From positions 35,726 through 99,725 of IMG/VR virus record IMGVR_UViG_3300021057_000011: a DNA stretch of 64,000 bases; one strand, 5' to 3'. Source of the DNA: a virus. Numbering within the stretch: position 1 is the first letter of the stretch; every line of letters begins with the position of its first letter. The notes beneath the pieces were generated by a model. It did no database searches. It was not told where the DNA came from and saw only the letters and a list, made by a program, of their open reading frames with translations. The position numbers were made by a program, and so were the translations under genes. Shown piece by piece: positions 62,293-64,000 of the stretch.

Positions 62293-64000
62293 TTAGCGTC
62301 CTCTCAAAAAATCGTTGCGGCCGCGCTCGTGGAGGATGTTCTCCACCGGCTCGGCCAGGTACGTGGCTTCGTCTTTGGCCCCCCAATTGGCCAAGGCCAG
62401 GGAATCGGGGTAGTCGTCATGGGGGTCGACCCCATCCACCTTGTCCGCCGGGGCATGGCAGGACAAATAGCCGGAGCGATCCGAGCCGGCTTTGTATTCC
62501 TTGATCAGGGTGCGCATCTGGAAGCAGAAGCGCTTGTGCTGGGGGCTGAGCATCGCCAGCGGGGAGCCCGGGACGATGATGCGGCCGGACTGGACATCGT
62601 GAATCAGGGCCTTGTAGAGCTCGCTCTTGCTTGGCAGCGAGAAGGTGTAGGGCAGGATCAAAATATCCCCAAGAGCGGCGTCGAGGTAGTCGTAGACCAC
62701 GGCACCCAAGCTCGTGGTATCGACCACCACCGTCGAGCCCTGCATCTCCTTGATGAAGCGGACCATGGCGGGAATCTGCTCGGTGTAATTGTCCCCGACC
62801 ATCTCCAGCCAGCCGAGCAGCCGCTTGCGGTAGGCGGTGGTGTAAGCCAGCTCGATCGGCTGCTGCATGTCGATTTCCAGCGCCGTCAGAATGGTGCTGT
62901 CCTTGGCCTTGCCGACGTCGACGCCGATGCTGACGGGGTTGAAGCCCCGGTAAAAGGTCAGCAGCTCGAGCTTCGGGTGCAGGATCCCATGGGGATTTTC
63001 CGGCGTGCGGTGGGACAATTGGGCCTCGGTGAAGGCCATGCCGCGCTCGAAGCACCACTCGTTGAGGTAGGACATCCGAAACTCGTCGGAGTCTTCGCCG
63101 AGCTTTTCCTTTTCCTTCTCGATGTACTTCTTGTAGCGGGGGACATGACGCTCGACCTCGCGGTGGTCGACCTCGAAGTGGTTGATTTTGCCGCCTTTTT
63201 TCGCCGCCCGGGTGTTCTTGTCGACCTGCTCGTAGAGGTCGTTGAGCTGGGTGTTGGCCGTACCGATCATGACCACCGTTCCGGCGGTCGAGGCCGCCAT
63301 GGGGGAGATGGAGTTGGAGCTGACCAGGCCATTGGCAATGAAATTGCGACCAGGAAGCGTCAGGCAGTAGGTCTCCCCCAGCCCGATTTGATGGATTCGC
63401 TCTAGCTGATGCCAGCTCAACTCGGCAGAAGCCGTCCCCCGGCTGGCTAAAAAAACGACGGACTCTTGAAGCAGCCGCGACACCGTATAGTAGTCCGGCT
63501 CCGCCTCCAAGGATCCCAATTTCGCCCACATCTGGTGATTGAGGGTGGCATCGATGTACCAGCCAAGCTGACGATCCCCCACCAACCGGTACAGGGGCTG
63601 AATGCCGTTGACGTGCCGTTCCGTCGGCTGCTGCCACCCGTCTTTGGTCAGGACATCGTAGGTGAAACCGGCTTCGATGTAGTCCCTGAGCTTGATCGTC
63701 CACGCTCCATTTTGGACGGGGGTGGGCCGGTCATCGACCTTGATGAAAATCTCGGTATCCCCAGCCAGGCACTTCCTGATCTTCTTCGGGCTGACGTCCT
63801 GGGCTTCTTCGATGATGATCAGGTGGTAGGTTTTCGACTCGATCATGGCCGATTCCGAGGCCGTCTGGCAGCGGGTCAGGGAGCCGTTGGACATCCGGAT
63901 CGTATCGCCGCGGTTGACTTCGAAGGAAATGCCATATTCGCGCATGATGCGACGGCCTTCGTCGTTGGCCAGGCGGGTGCGCATGCGGTCGTAGGTGGTC
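62293..64000 (-). CDS. terL: Terminase large subunit (5'-truncated), intein-containing
   Basis: Walker B LIIIEEAQD, coupling motif IGTAN, nuclease GVDVGK...DST and HDDYPDSLALA; frame open to the window edge. Confidence 0.93.
   Translation of the reverse strand, partial: TTYDRMRTRLANDEGRRIMREYGISFEVNRGDTIRMSNGSLTRCQTASESAMIESKTYHLIIIEEAQDVSPKKIRKCLAGDTEIFIKVDDRPTPVQNGAWTIKLRDYIEAGFTYDVLTKDGWQQPTERHVNGIQPLYRLVGDRQLGWYIDATLNHQMWAKLGSLEAEPDYYTVSRLLQESVVFLASRGTASAELSWHQLERIHQIGLGETYCLTLPGRNFIANGLVSSNSISPMAASTAGTVVMIGTANTQLNDLYEQVDKNTRAAKKGGKINHFEVDHREVERHVPRYKKYIEKEKEKLGEDSDEFRMSYLNEWCFERGMAFTEAQLSHRTPENPHGILHPKLELLTFYRGFNPVSIGVDVGKAKDSTILTALEIDMQQPIELAYTTAYRKRLLGWLEMVGDNYTEQIPAMVRFIKEMQGSTVVVDTTSLGAVVYDYLDAALGDILILPYTFSLPSKSELYKALIHDVQSGRIIVPGSPLAMLSPQHKRFCFQMRTLIKEYKAGSDRSGYLSCHAPADKVDGVDPHDDYPDSLALANWGAKDEATYLAEPVENILHERGRNDFLRGR
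63313..63771 (-). mobile_element. Mini-intein (153 aa, no endonuclease)
   Basis: N-terminal CLAGDT, block B ATLNH, C-terminal NFIANGLVSSN followed by Ser(+1). Removing it restores KKIRK-SISPM. Confidence 0.92.

Overview
This window is a 64-kb slice of a GC-rich, long-tailed (siphovirus-type) dsDNA phage or prophage. Almost all genes lie on the minus strand. Read right to left, the order is: terminase large subunit (5'-truncated by the window, carrying a 153-aa mini-intein); an accessory/lysis block (RNase AS-like exonuclease, tandem zincin, lysozyme+M15 endolysin, and an opposite-strand methyltransferase-like moron); portal, scaffold and N4-gp56-type capsid; neck genes; tail tube; tail chaperones with a -1 frameshift; a 2870-aa tape measure; a low-GC two-gene insertion; tail-tip proteins, a holin-like gene and several fibre/RBP genes; a separately promoted unit encoding a membrane coiled-coil protein and a pseudo-receiver; a 400-bp triple-terminator control region; 13 small early genes; a low-GC His-Me endonuclease; and a large replication/recombination module (Rep, DnaC, DnaB, DnaG, SF2 helicase, gp32-like SSB, PolA, RecA, resolvase, Cas4-like exonuclease, UvsY-like). 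I found no integrase, repressor, tRNA, rRNA, CRISPR array or reverse transcriptase. The most unusual signals are (1) a PolA with a coordinated rewrite of the nascent-base-pair pocket (E710Q/Y766F/N845A equivalents), (2) a RecA with Gln at the catalytic Glu, (3) an apparently circularly permuted tail tube protein, and (4) the pseudo-receiver moron with its adjacent repeats and terminators. All annotations come from motif recognition by eye; no database searches were run and the host cannot be established.
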